Origin: an uncultured archaeon
GTDB lineage: Archaea; Iainarchaeota; Iainarchaeia; Iainarchaeales; 0-14-0-20-30-16
Length of the DNA stretch: 18,695 nucleotides
NCBI GenBank assembly: GCA_964595665.1
Contig: CAZQQS010000010.1
Coordinates: 1 to 18,695, forward strand
Direction: 5' to 3'
Part shown: positions 5,894 through 14,500 of the stretch, piece after piece
How the letters are laid out: every line of letters begins with the position of its first letter
How positions within the stretch are numbered: the stretch's first letter is position 1
Program-made: the position numbers and the translations under genes
The notes under the pieces: model-generated
What the model was told of the DNA's origin: nothing
Databases searched by the model: none
What the model saw: only the letters and a program-made list of their open reading frames with translations

Positions 5894-7132
5894 TTAAAAT
5901 TTAATCACTGATTTTAACTGATTTTTGTGTCTTCTTATTATTTCTGATTTTAATTTTTTAGCATATTTAACATCACAATTTGGATGATTTGCACAACCCT
6001 CATCAAAAAACAACCAAATTTTTTCAGAACCATATTTTTTAGACTCATAATCTAAATTTGGATTACTATTCGGATATTCTGCTAAAATACTATAGGAAAC
6101 AAATTCGGGCATTATTTTTTCAATATAATCTAAGGTTTTTTTTGCCCAATAAAAGTCTTTTTTACAATCTTCAAAGATCCCAAACATCACATACAATCCT
6201 ATTTTCATATTATTCTTTCGAGCAACTTCGCACTTATGCTTTACAACTTTTGGATCTAGAGGTTTATTTATTTTTTTTAATGCTTCTTTAGAAACATTTT
6301 CTAAAGAATATGTTATATATGTACATCCTGCTTTTGACATTAATTTAATTATCTCGTCTGAAAGAGATTCAACAGCAGTTGTTTGACAACCCCATTCTAA
6401 TTTTTTATTTATTCCTTTTTTAATAATTTCATTTAACAATTCTTTTGTTCTTTTAGAATTTGCAACAAAATTAACATCATTGAAAAATACAGCATTATAA
6501 TTCATTTTAATTATCTTTTCTAATTGCTCAATTACAATTTTAATAGGTAAAGGATTATAATTACCGCTAGGACAAAAACTGCAACAAAAATTGCATCCTC
6601 GCGCAGTCATATATTGCAACATTTTCTTTTTTGGAAAAATGTGGTTATCAAATCTATAACTACTTTGAGTCATATCTAATAAATCATATGCTGGGAAAAG
6701 AGTTTCCCAATCTATTTTTTTATTTTTATTGTTAGTTATTATTTCTAAAAATTTTTGTTCTGCAAATTTATCTCTAACAATATAATCAATCCAAGGATAT
6801 TTTATTTTAGTTATATTTCCTCGGTATATTTCATGTGGCCCACCAATAATTATTTTTAAATTATGATATTTATCATGTACTTTTTTTAATAATTTAATTG
6901 TTTCAATATTATTTGGAGTATATCTAGACATTCCTAAAAAATTAGGATTAAATAATTTAATTGTTTTAAATAATTCTTTTTCTTTTACCAAATTTAAATC
7001 AATTATTTTAACTTCTGCATCTTTTTCTATTGCTGCTGCCAAATAAGCTAAATTCAAGGGAGTTTGACCATTAATTTGTCTACGAAAAAAAGGGTTTACC
7101 AATAATACTTTAGGTTTTTTGGTTTTAAACAT
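5894..7132 (-). CDS. B12-binding-domain radical SAM protein (412 aa)
   Basis: N-terminal Rossmann-like B12-binding-type region (KVLLVNP...LAYLAAAIEKDAEVKIIDLN...FLGMS...IIIGGPH). Radical SAM cluster motif ARGCNFCCSFC reads as CxxxCxxC. TIM-barrel-like remainder. Confidence 0.8.
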   Translation of the reverse strand: MFKTKKPKVLLVNPFFRRQINGQTPLNLAYLAAAIEKDAEVKIIDLNLVKEKELFKTIKLFNPNFLGMSRYTPNNIETIKLLKKVHDKYHNLKIIIGGPHEIYRGNITKIKYPWIDYIVRDKFAEQKFLEIITNNKNKKIDWETLFPAYDLLDMTQSSYRFDNHIFPKKKMLQYMTARGCNFCCSFCPSGNYNPLPIKIVIEQLEKIIKMNYNAVFFNDVNFVANSKRTKELLNEIIKKGINKKLEWGCQTTAVESLSDEIIKLMSKAGCTYITYSLENVSKEALKKINKPLDPKVVKHKCEVARKNNMKIGLYVMFGIFEDCKKDFYWAKKTLDYIEKIMPEFVSYSILAEYPNSNPNLDYESKKYGSEKIWLFFDEGCANHPNCDVKYAKKLKSEIIRRHKNQLKSVIKF

Positions 7133-7229
7133 ACTATAAAATAGTTAGATGAATATATAAACTTAATTAAAATAAAAAATAAAAAAAGAGAAAAGAATAG
7201 AAGCTATGAGCTCCTATTTATTAAAGCTT

Positions 7230-8711
7230 TTAAGCTTCATATTCGTGGACGTCAATTCCTTTGATTTTGTCCATTTTTCCAATTCTAGATCCAACAATTG
7301 AATCTATACCTTTTCCTTTAGACATTTCAACTAATCTTTTTGTTATGATTCCATCGAACAAAAGATATTTTGCATTTTTCATTCCTTTAATTGCTTTTAA
7401 AACATCTTTTACTTTTGAATCTGAAATTAATTTTCCAGTTGAATCAAAAAATCTTGCACTAAAACTACCTTTTAATTCTTCCATATTCTTTTTAACATCT
7501 ATTGGAAATTCTTTAAAAGATTCTTCTTTTTTAAATTCTGTTTTAACAGCTTCTTTTTGTTCAACAAAAGGTTTTCTTTCAGGAGCTTTAATTGGAGTTA
7601 CTAAAGTATTAACTCTTTCTATTGGCTTGGAAATTTGTTCTTGTTCCATAGGCTTTTTATGGAACTCTCTTCTTTGTTCAAATTTTTGTCTAAAATCATT
7701 TCTAAAACTTGGCCTTTTTTCAAAAGGTTTGTATTCAACTCTTTGAGTTTCTTTTCGCTCTTCAAATTTTGGTTCAGATTTTGATTCTGTTTTTATGTCC
7801 CCTTTTTCATGAACTTCAATATCCAAATCTTCAAATAAATCTTTATTGTCTACTTTCCAATAATCTTCTGGAACATCCAATTCTTCTTGTGCTTTCGTTT
7901 GAGCTACTGGAATTCTTTTATTTAAACAAGCTAAAATTTGTTTTTTAGCTAATTCTTCAACCTCTAGTCCAGGAGGTGCTTTTGCAATAAAATCGATTTC
8001 AGCAATTTGCAATAATTTTTTCAAATCTAATGCTCCGCCTCGATCTCCATCCATAAAAGCAGTAACTGTTTTTTTCTTACATAAATCAACTATTGTTTGA
8101 GGTATTTTTGAACCACCCATAGCAATAACGTTTTTTATGTTATATTTTAATAAATTCAAAACATCTGCTCGTCCTTCAACCAAAATAACTTCTTCACTTT
8201 CATCTATTATTGGGCCTGCACTTAATTTGTCTGGACCATAAGAAATTACTCTTGATGTTTGCATATCTTCTCTTACTTCATTAGTTATTTCTGTACTATC
8301 AGGAATTTCTTCAGCTAAAATTGTACCTAACAATTCTTTTGCTCTTTCAACAATTTTCTTTCTTTTTGAACCTCTTGTATCTTCAATAGCTTCAGTTTTA
8401 AAAAACGCATCACAAGGTCCAACTTTATCTACAACTTCAATAGTTGATGCTAAAATAGCTGTTTCAACCATATCTGCACCAGACGGAATAATCAAAGAAC
8501 CTTTTGTAACTCCTTTTTCAGAAGCCAATTCTAATTCAATTCTTCCAATCTTTCCAGAACTTTGCAATTCTCTAATATCTAAATCTTCACCGATTAAGCC
8601 TTCAGATTGTCCAAAAATAGCGCCAATAATGTCGTGCTTATCTACTACACCTTTTATTTCAAAGGATTGTTTAATAATATACTTTGCTTGATTTAAGTAT
8701 GTTTTTGCCAT
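7230..8711 (-). CDS. dnaG: Archaeal DnaG-type primase / exosome-associated TOPRIM protein
   Basis: Typical archaeal DnaG N-terminus (KYIIKQSFEIKGVVDKHDIIGAIFGQSEGLIGEDLDIRELQSSGKIGRIEL). TOPRIM signature (VILVEGRADVLNL ... FMDGDRGG). Conserved C-terminal LFDGIITKRLVEMSKGKGI. SD GGAG upstream. Confidence 0.9.
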   Translation of the reverse strand: MAKTYLNQAKYIIKQSFEIKGVVDKHDIIGAIFGQSEGLIGEDLDIRELQSSGKIGRIELELASEKGVTKGSLIIPSGADMVETAILASTIEVVDKVGPCDAFFKTEAIEDTRGSKRKKIVERAKELLGTILAEEIPDSTEITNEVREDMQTSRVISYGPDKLSAGPIIDESEEVILVEGRADVLNLLKYNIKNVIAMGGSKIPQTIVDLCKKKTVTAFMDGDRGGALDLKKLLQIAEIDFIAKAPPGLEVEELAKKQILACLNKRIPVAQTKAQEELDVPEDYWKVDNKDLFEDLDIEVHEKGDIKTESKSEPKFEERKETQRVEYKPFEKRPSFRNDFRQKFEQRREFHKKPMEQEQISKPIERVNTLVTPIKAPERKPFVEQKEAVKTEFKKEESFKEFPIDVKKNMEELKGSFSARFFDSTGKLISDSKVKDVLKAIKGMKNAKYLLFDGIITKRLVEMSKGKGIDSIVGSRIGKMDKIKGIDVHEYEA

Positions 8712-8737
8712 AAATATCTCTCCTATATTTATGAGAA

Positions 8738-8992
8738 TTAGGCCTTAAATAATTTTAAGGAATATGTGTTTTCTTCTACGTCCAACACTTTAATATTTGA
8801 CTTGAAACCTTGTAAAATCTCTGCATTCACTTTAAGCTTTTTAAGGAAACTCAAAACTTCCTTGTTTGCTTTATTATCTAATGGAGGCGCTTTAACTCTT
8901 AGCTCAAATGCGTCTTTATCCTTGTTGTAACCAACAAACTCACTTTCTTTGGAGTTTGCTTTAATAAATATCCTAACCTTAAAATATCCCAT
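8738..8992 (-). CDS. DUF167 / YggU-family protein (84 aa)
   Basis: Family signature ELRVKAPPLDNKANKEVLSFLKK (consensus APPvdGkAN). Lies 26 nt upstream of dnaG on the same strand. Confidence 0.7.
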   Translation of the reverse strand: MGYFKVRIFIKANSKESEFVGYNKDKDAFELRVKAPPLDNKANKEVLSFLKKLKVNAEILQGFKSNIKVLDVEENTYSLKLFKA

Positions 8993-9065
8993 ATTCTCAT
9001 TCTTTATATATAATTATTATGCTATGAATTTATAAAGATAGGTTTTGAGATCAAAAACAAAGAAT

Positions 9066-9428
9066 TTAATAGATATCTGAACCTAATGCTATATCTTTGT
9101 CTGGTGTTAACAAAGAAACTTTTTCCGAATCATCATCTAACTTTTGACTTGCAGCTAACAACATTCCTTGTGAAAGAAAACCACCTAATTTTCTAGGTTC
9201 TAAATTGCTTACAACAATTACATATTTATTTTGCAATTCTTCTTTTGTGTAAAAAGGTTTTAAACCCGCAACCAAAGTTCTTTTTTCAGGCTCGCCTAAA
9301 TCAATTGATAATTTGTATAATTTATCTTTTCCTGGAATATCTTCTGCGCTTAGAATTCGCCCAACTTTCAATTTAACTTTTGAAAAATAATCATAATTAA
9401 TATAACTCACAATTCCATCAACTTCCAT
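9066..9428 (-). CDS. tRNA-binding domain protein (Trbp111/CsaA/EMAP-II-like OB fold)
   Basis: FSKVKLKVGRILSAEDIPGKDKLYKLSIDLGEPEKRTLVAGLKPFYTKEELQNKYVIVVSNLEPRKLGGFLSQGMLLAAS matches the stand-alone tRNA-binding domain also found at MetRS/PheRS termini. SD AGGTGGG upstream. Confidence 0.85.
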   Translation of the reverse strand: MEVDGIVSYINYDYFSKVKLKVGRILSAEDIPGKDKLYKLSIDLGEPEKRTLVAGLKPFYTKEELQNKYVIVVSNLEPRKLGGFLSQGMLLAASQKLDDDSEKVSLLTPDKDIALGSDIY

Positions 9429-9523
9429 AAACCCACCTTATAATAAATAAGCAAATAAGAAATTATAAATATATAGTTTTATTAAGCATAATTATATAAA
9501 AACAAATAAGGTATAAAATAATT

Positions 9524-10024
9524 ATGACAACTGAAAATCAAAAACCAATATCTATTGGAGTTTATAAAATAATTTATCCAAATATAAACTCTCACGACAT
9601 CATTAGATTTGATTTTTATTTTGGTACAAATTTACCAGCAAACCATTCAAATAGCGAGTTAGTTCAAACATTACAAGTACCTTCGCGATTAAAACATTTA
9701 TTTCCTAAACCATCTGAAGTTCAACAAATTGGATACATCAAATATGCTGCAACAAGAGATAAATTAGCATCAAGCACATATTATTATCCTTTAAATTATT
9801 TTCCTGTTGAAAGAGGATTTGGTTTGGGATCGCTATTAGAATTATTAGCTGTGCATAACCTAAAAAAAATGGGTATAAGATATGTTAAAACAACAGCCGA
9901 GGCTTCAAAAAGTAGACGTGGACAAGTTAAAAAAATGGGTTTTGGAATAGAAGGTGCATATAAAATAGATGATTGGAAAAAAGGTGTTGGGAAAGCAATA
10001 AGAACTGCAAGACATTTTAGATAA
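9524..10024 (+). CDS. Hypothetical protein, possibly GNAT-fold acetyltransferase
   Basis: Clean 166-aa ORF. YFPVERGFGLGSLLELLAVHNLKKMGIRYVKT resembles GNAT motif A (V-x-P-x-x-RG-x-G-x-G), followed by ..KKMGF. Weak, motif-only assignment. Confidence 0.4.
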   Translation: MTTENQKPISIGVYKIIYPNINSHDIIRFDFYFGTNLPANHSNSELVQTLQVPSRLKHLFPKPSEVQQIGYIKYAATRDKLASSTYYYPLNYFPVERGFGLGSLLELLAVHNLKKMGIRYVKTTAEASKSRRGQVKKMGFGIEGAYKIDDWKKGVGKAIRTARHFR

Positions 10025-10025
10025 A

Positions 10026-10063
10026 ATAAAAAATATAAAAAAAGAAAGTGAATTAATCACTTT
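10026..10063 (-). terminator. Hairpin + T-run terminator in the convergent gap (possibly bidirectional)
   Basis: AAAGTGA(10045-10051)-ATTAA-TCACTTT(10057-10063). Read on the minus strand it is followed by CTTTTTTTATATTTTTTATTTT. The stem contains the TGA stop of 10057..10326. Confidence 0.4.
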
Positions 10064-10326
10064 AATTGTTCTTTAACTTTTTCTAAAATATTTAATAATT
10101 GCCAAACATCGCCCTTTGCGTTTAAAGGTAAATTTGGATCTTCAGAAATATCTTGTAAAGTGTAAATGGATTCAGATAATTTTACCATGCTTTTTCCATC
10201 TCGCTCAATATTATTCCTAATTCCTACCAAAGCATTTTTTACATTTTTAGGAATCATAGCATCATTTAAAAGCATTTCAACCAAATCTAAAATGTTTTGT
10301 TTTTCTTGCTCAAAATCAAAACCCAT
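10057..10326 (-). CDS. UPF0147-family small archaeal protein (89 aa)
   Basis: Helical 89-aa protein with the pattern I recall for archaeal UPF0147 (..IPKNVKNAL.. and ..ISEDPNLPLNAKGDVWQLLNILE). SD AGGTGAT upstream. Confidence 0.55.
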   Translation of the reverse strand: MGFDFEQEKQNILDLVEMLLNDAMIPKNVKNALVGIRNNIERDGKSMVKLSESIYTLQDISEDPNLPLNAKGDVWQLLNILEKVKEQLK

Positions 10327-10363
10327 AATATCACCTTCTCAACTAAATACTTTTTTTTCAAAA

Positions 10364-10398
10364 TAAAAAAAAGAAAAAATAAAGGTTTTAAAACCTTT
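10364..10398 (-). terminator. Hairpin + T-run terminator after the rps15-rps3ae pair
   Basis: Perfect palindrome AAAGGTTTT/AAAACCTTT (10381-10398). On the minus strand it is followed by ATTTTTTCTTTTTTTTATTT. Confidence 0.5.
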
Positions 10399-10406
10399 AA
10401 ATAAAT

Positions 10407-10982
10407 TTACAAAACTTTTGTAAATTCAACTTCTGTTGCACTTATCGGAGTCATTTTCTTTATCATTGGCATTAAATCCGAAAAGAAATTATTATCTAAA
10501 GCCCTTTCCATAAATTTATCTAAATTCATTTCTAAAGCCATATTTGTTACATAGTCAACAGATTCTTTTCTAATTATTTTTTTCTTAGATAATTCTTGTT
10601 TTCCTCTTGTAACAATTACATATTTTATTTTTAACTTCTTTTCATCTTTAGTTTTTATTTTTAAAACAACTTCGATTTTACTTGTTCTTCTTCTAAACAA
10701 TCTTCTTAAATAAGATTTTTTAACTTCAAAACCAGATAATTCTGTTTGAATATTACTACCCTCAACTCTTGTTGCTTTTAACATTAAATCAACATTTCTT
10801 TTTTTTACTTGATTTGTTAAAGTTCCAAAATTAACTTTAGTAATTCTATTAACTATTTGTTCTGGTTTAATAGCTACTGTTTCTCCAAATTCTACACTAC
10901 TTAAAAATTTAGGTGCAATTAATTTGAATATTCTTTTTTTCTTCCATTTATCTACAACTGCTCTTTTTTCATTAGCCATCAT
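10407..10982 (-). CDS. rps3ae: 30S ribosomal protein S3Ae (eS1)
   Basis: VVDKWKKKRIFKLIAPKFL... N-terminus, length of about 190 aa and overall basic pattern are typical of archaeal S3Ae. SD AGGTGG upstream. 5-nt gap after rps15. Confidence 0.85.
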   Translation of the reverse strand: MMANEKRAVVDKWKKKRIFKLIAPKFLSSVEFGETVAIKPEQIVNRITKVNFGTLTNQVKKRNVDLMLKATRVEGSNIQTELSGFEVKKSYLRRLFRRRTSKIEVVLKIKTKDEKKLKIKYVIVTRGKQELSKKKIIRKESVDYVTNMALEMNLDKFMERALDNNFFSDLMPMIKKMTPISATEVEFTKVL

Positions 10983-10987
10983 ACCAC

Positions 10988-11488
10988 CTACTTCATTAAA
11001 ATTATTGCCTTATCTTCACTATAATTCCAATCTTTTGGCAATTTTTTTGTTCGCTTGTAATATTTTGACAAAGCTCTAATTTTAGAAACTGTTATTTGAT
11101 ATCCTCTTTTTGCAGTAGTATCGCTTTTATTAGATTTCATGTGTTTCAATAATTTTACAACTCTTTTTAACAAATCCAATAAATCTTCTGGAATGTCTGA
11201 TTGTAATTTATTTTCTTCCAAAATTTCTGAAATTGATTTGCCAGAATATTTTTTTATATTGTATATGTTGAATTCGTCTCGTAAAACCAACCCAATTTTA
11301 GACGCAGATAAACCATCATTATGTAATTCTACAATCTTTTTTACAACATCGATCTTAACTTTAGGCTCTTTAACTTCTTTTGTTTCTTTTTCTTTTGCCT
11401 TTTTTGGCTCTTTTTTTATTTCTTTTCCCAAGTCTTCATTAGAATAAGTTTCTTCCAAATCCGGCTTGGCTCTGTTTTTATCTTCCAT
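10988..11488 (-). CDS. rps15: 30S ribosomal protein S15P/S13e (uS15) with atypical N-terminus
   Basis: LSASKIGLVLRDEFNI...IPEDLLDLLKRVVKLLKHMKSNKSDTTAKRGYQITVSKIRALSKYYKRTKKLPKDWNYSEDKAIILMK matches archaeal S15P almost motif for motif. SD GGTGATG upstream. Confidence 0.85.
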   Translation of the reverse strand: MEDKNRAKPDLEETYSNEDLGKEIKKEPKKAKEKETKEVKEPKVKIDVVKKIVELHNDGLSASKIGLVLRDEFNIYNIKKYSGKSISEILEENKLQSDIPEDLLDLLKRVVKLLKHMKSNKSDTTAKRGYQITVSKIRALSKYYKRTKKLPKDWNYSEDKAIILMK

Positions 11489-11550
11489 AACATCACCAAC
11501 CTTGTAATAAATAATATATTATATGCTCTGAAAAGTATATAAAGGTTTAG

Positions 11551-14500
11551 CTAATCTTCTTTATCTAAGGAATAATAGGTTTCTTTTGGGATTTCTTTCT
11601 TTGGGGTGTATTTCTTACCAAAGAAATATACTAAAAATGCTAGGAGAATAATAAAACCTATTCCAATGTAAAGCGAGTAATCTTTATTGCTTGAACCTAA
11701 AATAGCCAAACCTGAGAAATAAATTGAATCTACATATGAATTCAAATCATAATAATCTCTTGCTTGCAAATAATCTCTCTCATTTTTTAAATTTGCTTTT
11801 GCATAAACTAATTTGTTTTTTGCAGTATCTTGTAATTCTGCTTCTATTGTTTTAATATTTTTCTCTAAAATATCAAAATCATAAAAGAATTCTAAAAATG
11901 TTTTTTCAGAAATATTGTTTTCTTTGAGTAATAAATCTAAATTCAAAGTTTGTTTGGTTAGTTTAGATATATTTGTTTTTAAAGATTCCAAATCTTTTTG
12001 AGAAAAATTAAAACTTATCTTTAAATCTTTTAAAGATGAAAATCTAGATGAATTAATTTGAGAATCTAAACTTAATACTCTAGTCCATAAAAAATCCAAA
12101 TCTGATTTATATTTCTTATACTCTAAAATCAAATCTTTTTGAGAATTACTTTTTTCAGTTTTTTTAACATCTAAAATACTATTTAAAACTAATAATTCTT
12201 TTGAATACTCTGAAACATATTGCAAAGCATTTTCGTAAAAATAAGTTTTTAAAGAGCTATTAAATAAACTACTTATTCGCAAAATATTTGATTCATCTAA
12301 AACCAAAGAATATTCTTTAAAAGATTTTTTTAATTCATTAAATTCTTTTGTTTTATTGTTAAATATTGATAAAATAATTTCTTCAATTTCTTTATTTTTA
12401 AATTCAAAATTATCTAAAATCTTTAATGATTCTTTTATTTTTCCTAAAGCATATAATTCGTCAGATTGTTTAATTATTGAATCAATGTCTGCAAAATTTG
12501 GCAAATCATTTAAATAAATATTATAATCCGAAGATAAAATATCTTTGGCAGAATTAAATTGTTCTTTGTAATTTAACATCAATTGAATCTTATCTTTTCT
12601 TTGTAATTCATATAATGAATTTGTTATAGATTCTGAAAGTAAAACATCAATTTTGGATTTTAATGAAACTATGCCTTTTGCCAAAGTTAAACTATCTTTT
12701 GAATTTTTTAAAGAATCTAATAGCTTTTTTAATTCAAATATTTTTTCATTAGAAACCCAAGGTAATTTTTCTAAATTTAATATGTCCTTTTCTAATGCCT
12801 CGATTTCAGAATTAAATTCTAAAGAGTCTTTTGTAATAATCATTGTAATTGTTTTTGATTCTAAAGGCAATAAATCTATATTAAAATAAATCTTATCTGC
12901 TTTAGTACCATATTCTAAATTCTCTTTAAAAGAAATTTTATTTAGAAGAACATCATTAATATTAGGTATGAAAATCTCTAAATTATCTAAAGACATTTCT
13001 AAATTGTTACCCACATATATTTCATAAATCAAATTATTTCCAGAAATATTAATTAATTTATATTTTAAATTTATTGAGTTATCTAAAATAAATGTTACAT
13101 CTAAACAAACTTTTTTATTAGTTATCGAATTAAAATAAATTTTTAGATCTTGGTCAATTTTTGAATTTAATATAACTCCATTTAAGGAAACACTATGAGA
13201 TAAAATTGAATCCTTGTCAAAACCTAAATTTATTACCTCGTAAATCTTGGAATTTATTAAACAAACTTCTTGAACCAAATTCAATTTATTTGAATTCAAT
13301 TCTAAAGATTTGGTTTTTATGGATTGGATAAAATTTTGTTTTACATCTAATTTAAAAATATCTTTTAAACAAGTAAATTTGATTATCTGAGAATCTAAAT
13401 TAAAACTAGCTATACAATCGCCAGAAACTGTAGAAAATAATAAATCATTAAATTTAATTTCGTAATTTAATTCTAAATCCCCCAAATAAGGATATAGTTC
13501 TAATTTTAATTCGTTTAATTCATAAATGCTATTAAAATAACAATTCAAATTGTTTTGTAAATCTTTCTTAATAGCTTCTTTTAACAAATTTAATTTTGAA
13601 GAGTAATCTAAAACATTTTGAGATACTAAAAATATATTTGTGATTTTATCATCAGAATATTTTGTCTTACCAAATAAAGAATTATACTCTAAAAGATATG
13701 AATAATATTTCTCATACGAAATACAAGAACTATTTTGATATAAATTCTCGTATGCAAAATAAAGCTCATCTAAAAGCTTAACTTCTTGTTTAAAATTTTG
13801 ATATTGAATAGAAGTATTTAATTTAAATATATAAGTATTTAATTGAGACTCACAGTCTTCTAAATTATATTCCAAACCTAAAAAATTTGATAAATTCTTT
13901 AAATAATAAGTACAATTTTCTTTTGAATTATCTTTTAATTCAAAATAGTTATTGCAATACAATAATTTTTCTCTATCTATTGCTGATTTGAAAAACAAAT
14001 TTAAATAATTTTCCAATAATGGTTTATTGGCATTTGATTCTAAATAACTAAAACTTTGTTTTTCTAAAGTTAAATCTGCTGTGCAAAGCGTAATTAAAGA
14101 TTTCAAATCAGCTTCTTCAAACACCAACAATTCGGATTCGAGTTCATTTATCTTCTGTTCCAAAGTATTTAATTTAGAATATTTCTCGCCTAAGCTAAGT
14201 TTTGGGAAATTTACTAATTCTAACTTAGAGTTTGTAATTAATTTTGACAATTCATTTGGAGACTTAACCAAGTTATATTTATTATAAAGCAAAGTAAATT
14301 CATCTTTGTTAATTATTTTTGAATTTAATTGTAATTCAAAAACATTTAATTTTTTTTCCAAAGCTGATTTTCGCTTTAATACATCTTGCTCTAAATTAGT
14401 CAATTCCAAATCTATATCCTTTACCAAATCAAAATATGCTTTGGGAGAATAAGAATTTTTGCCAAAGGATTTTTCAAAATCTTGTAAAAAAACTCTAAAA

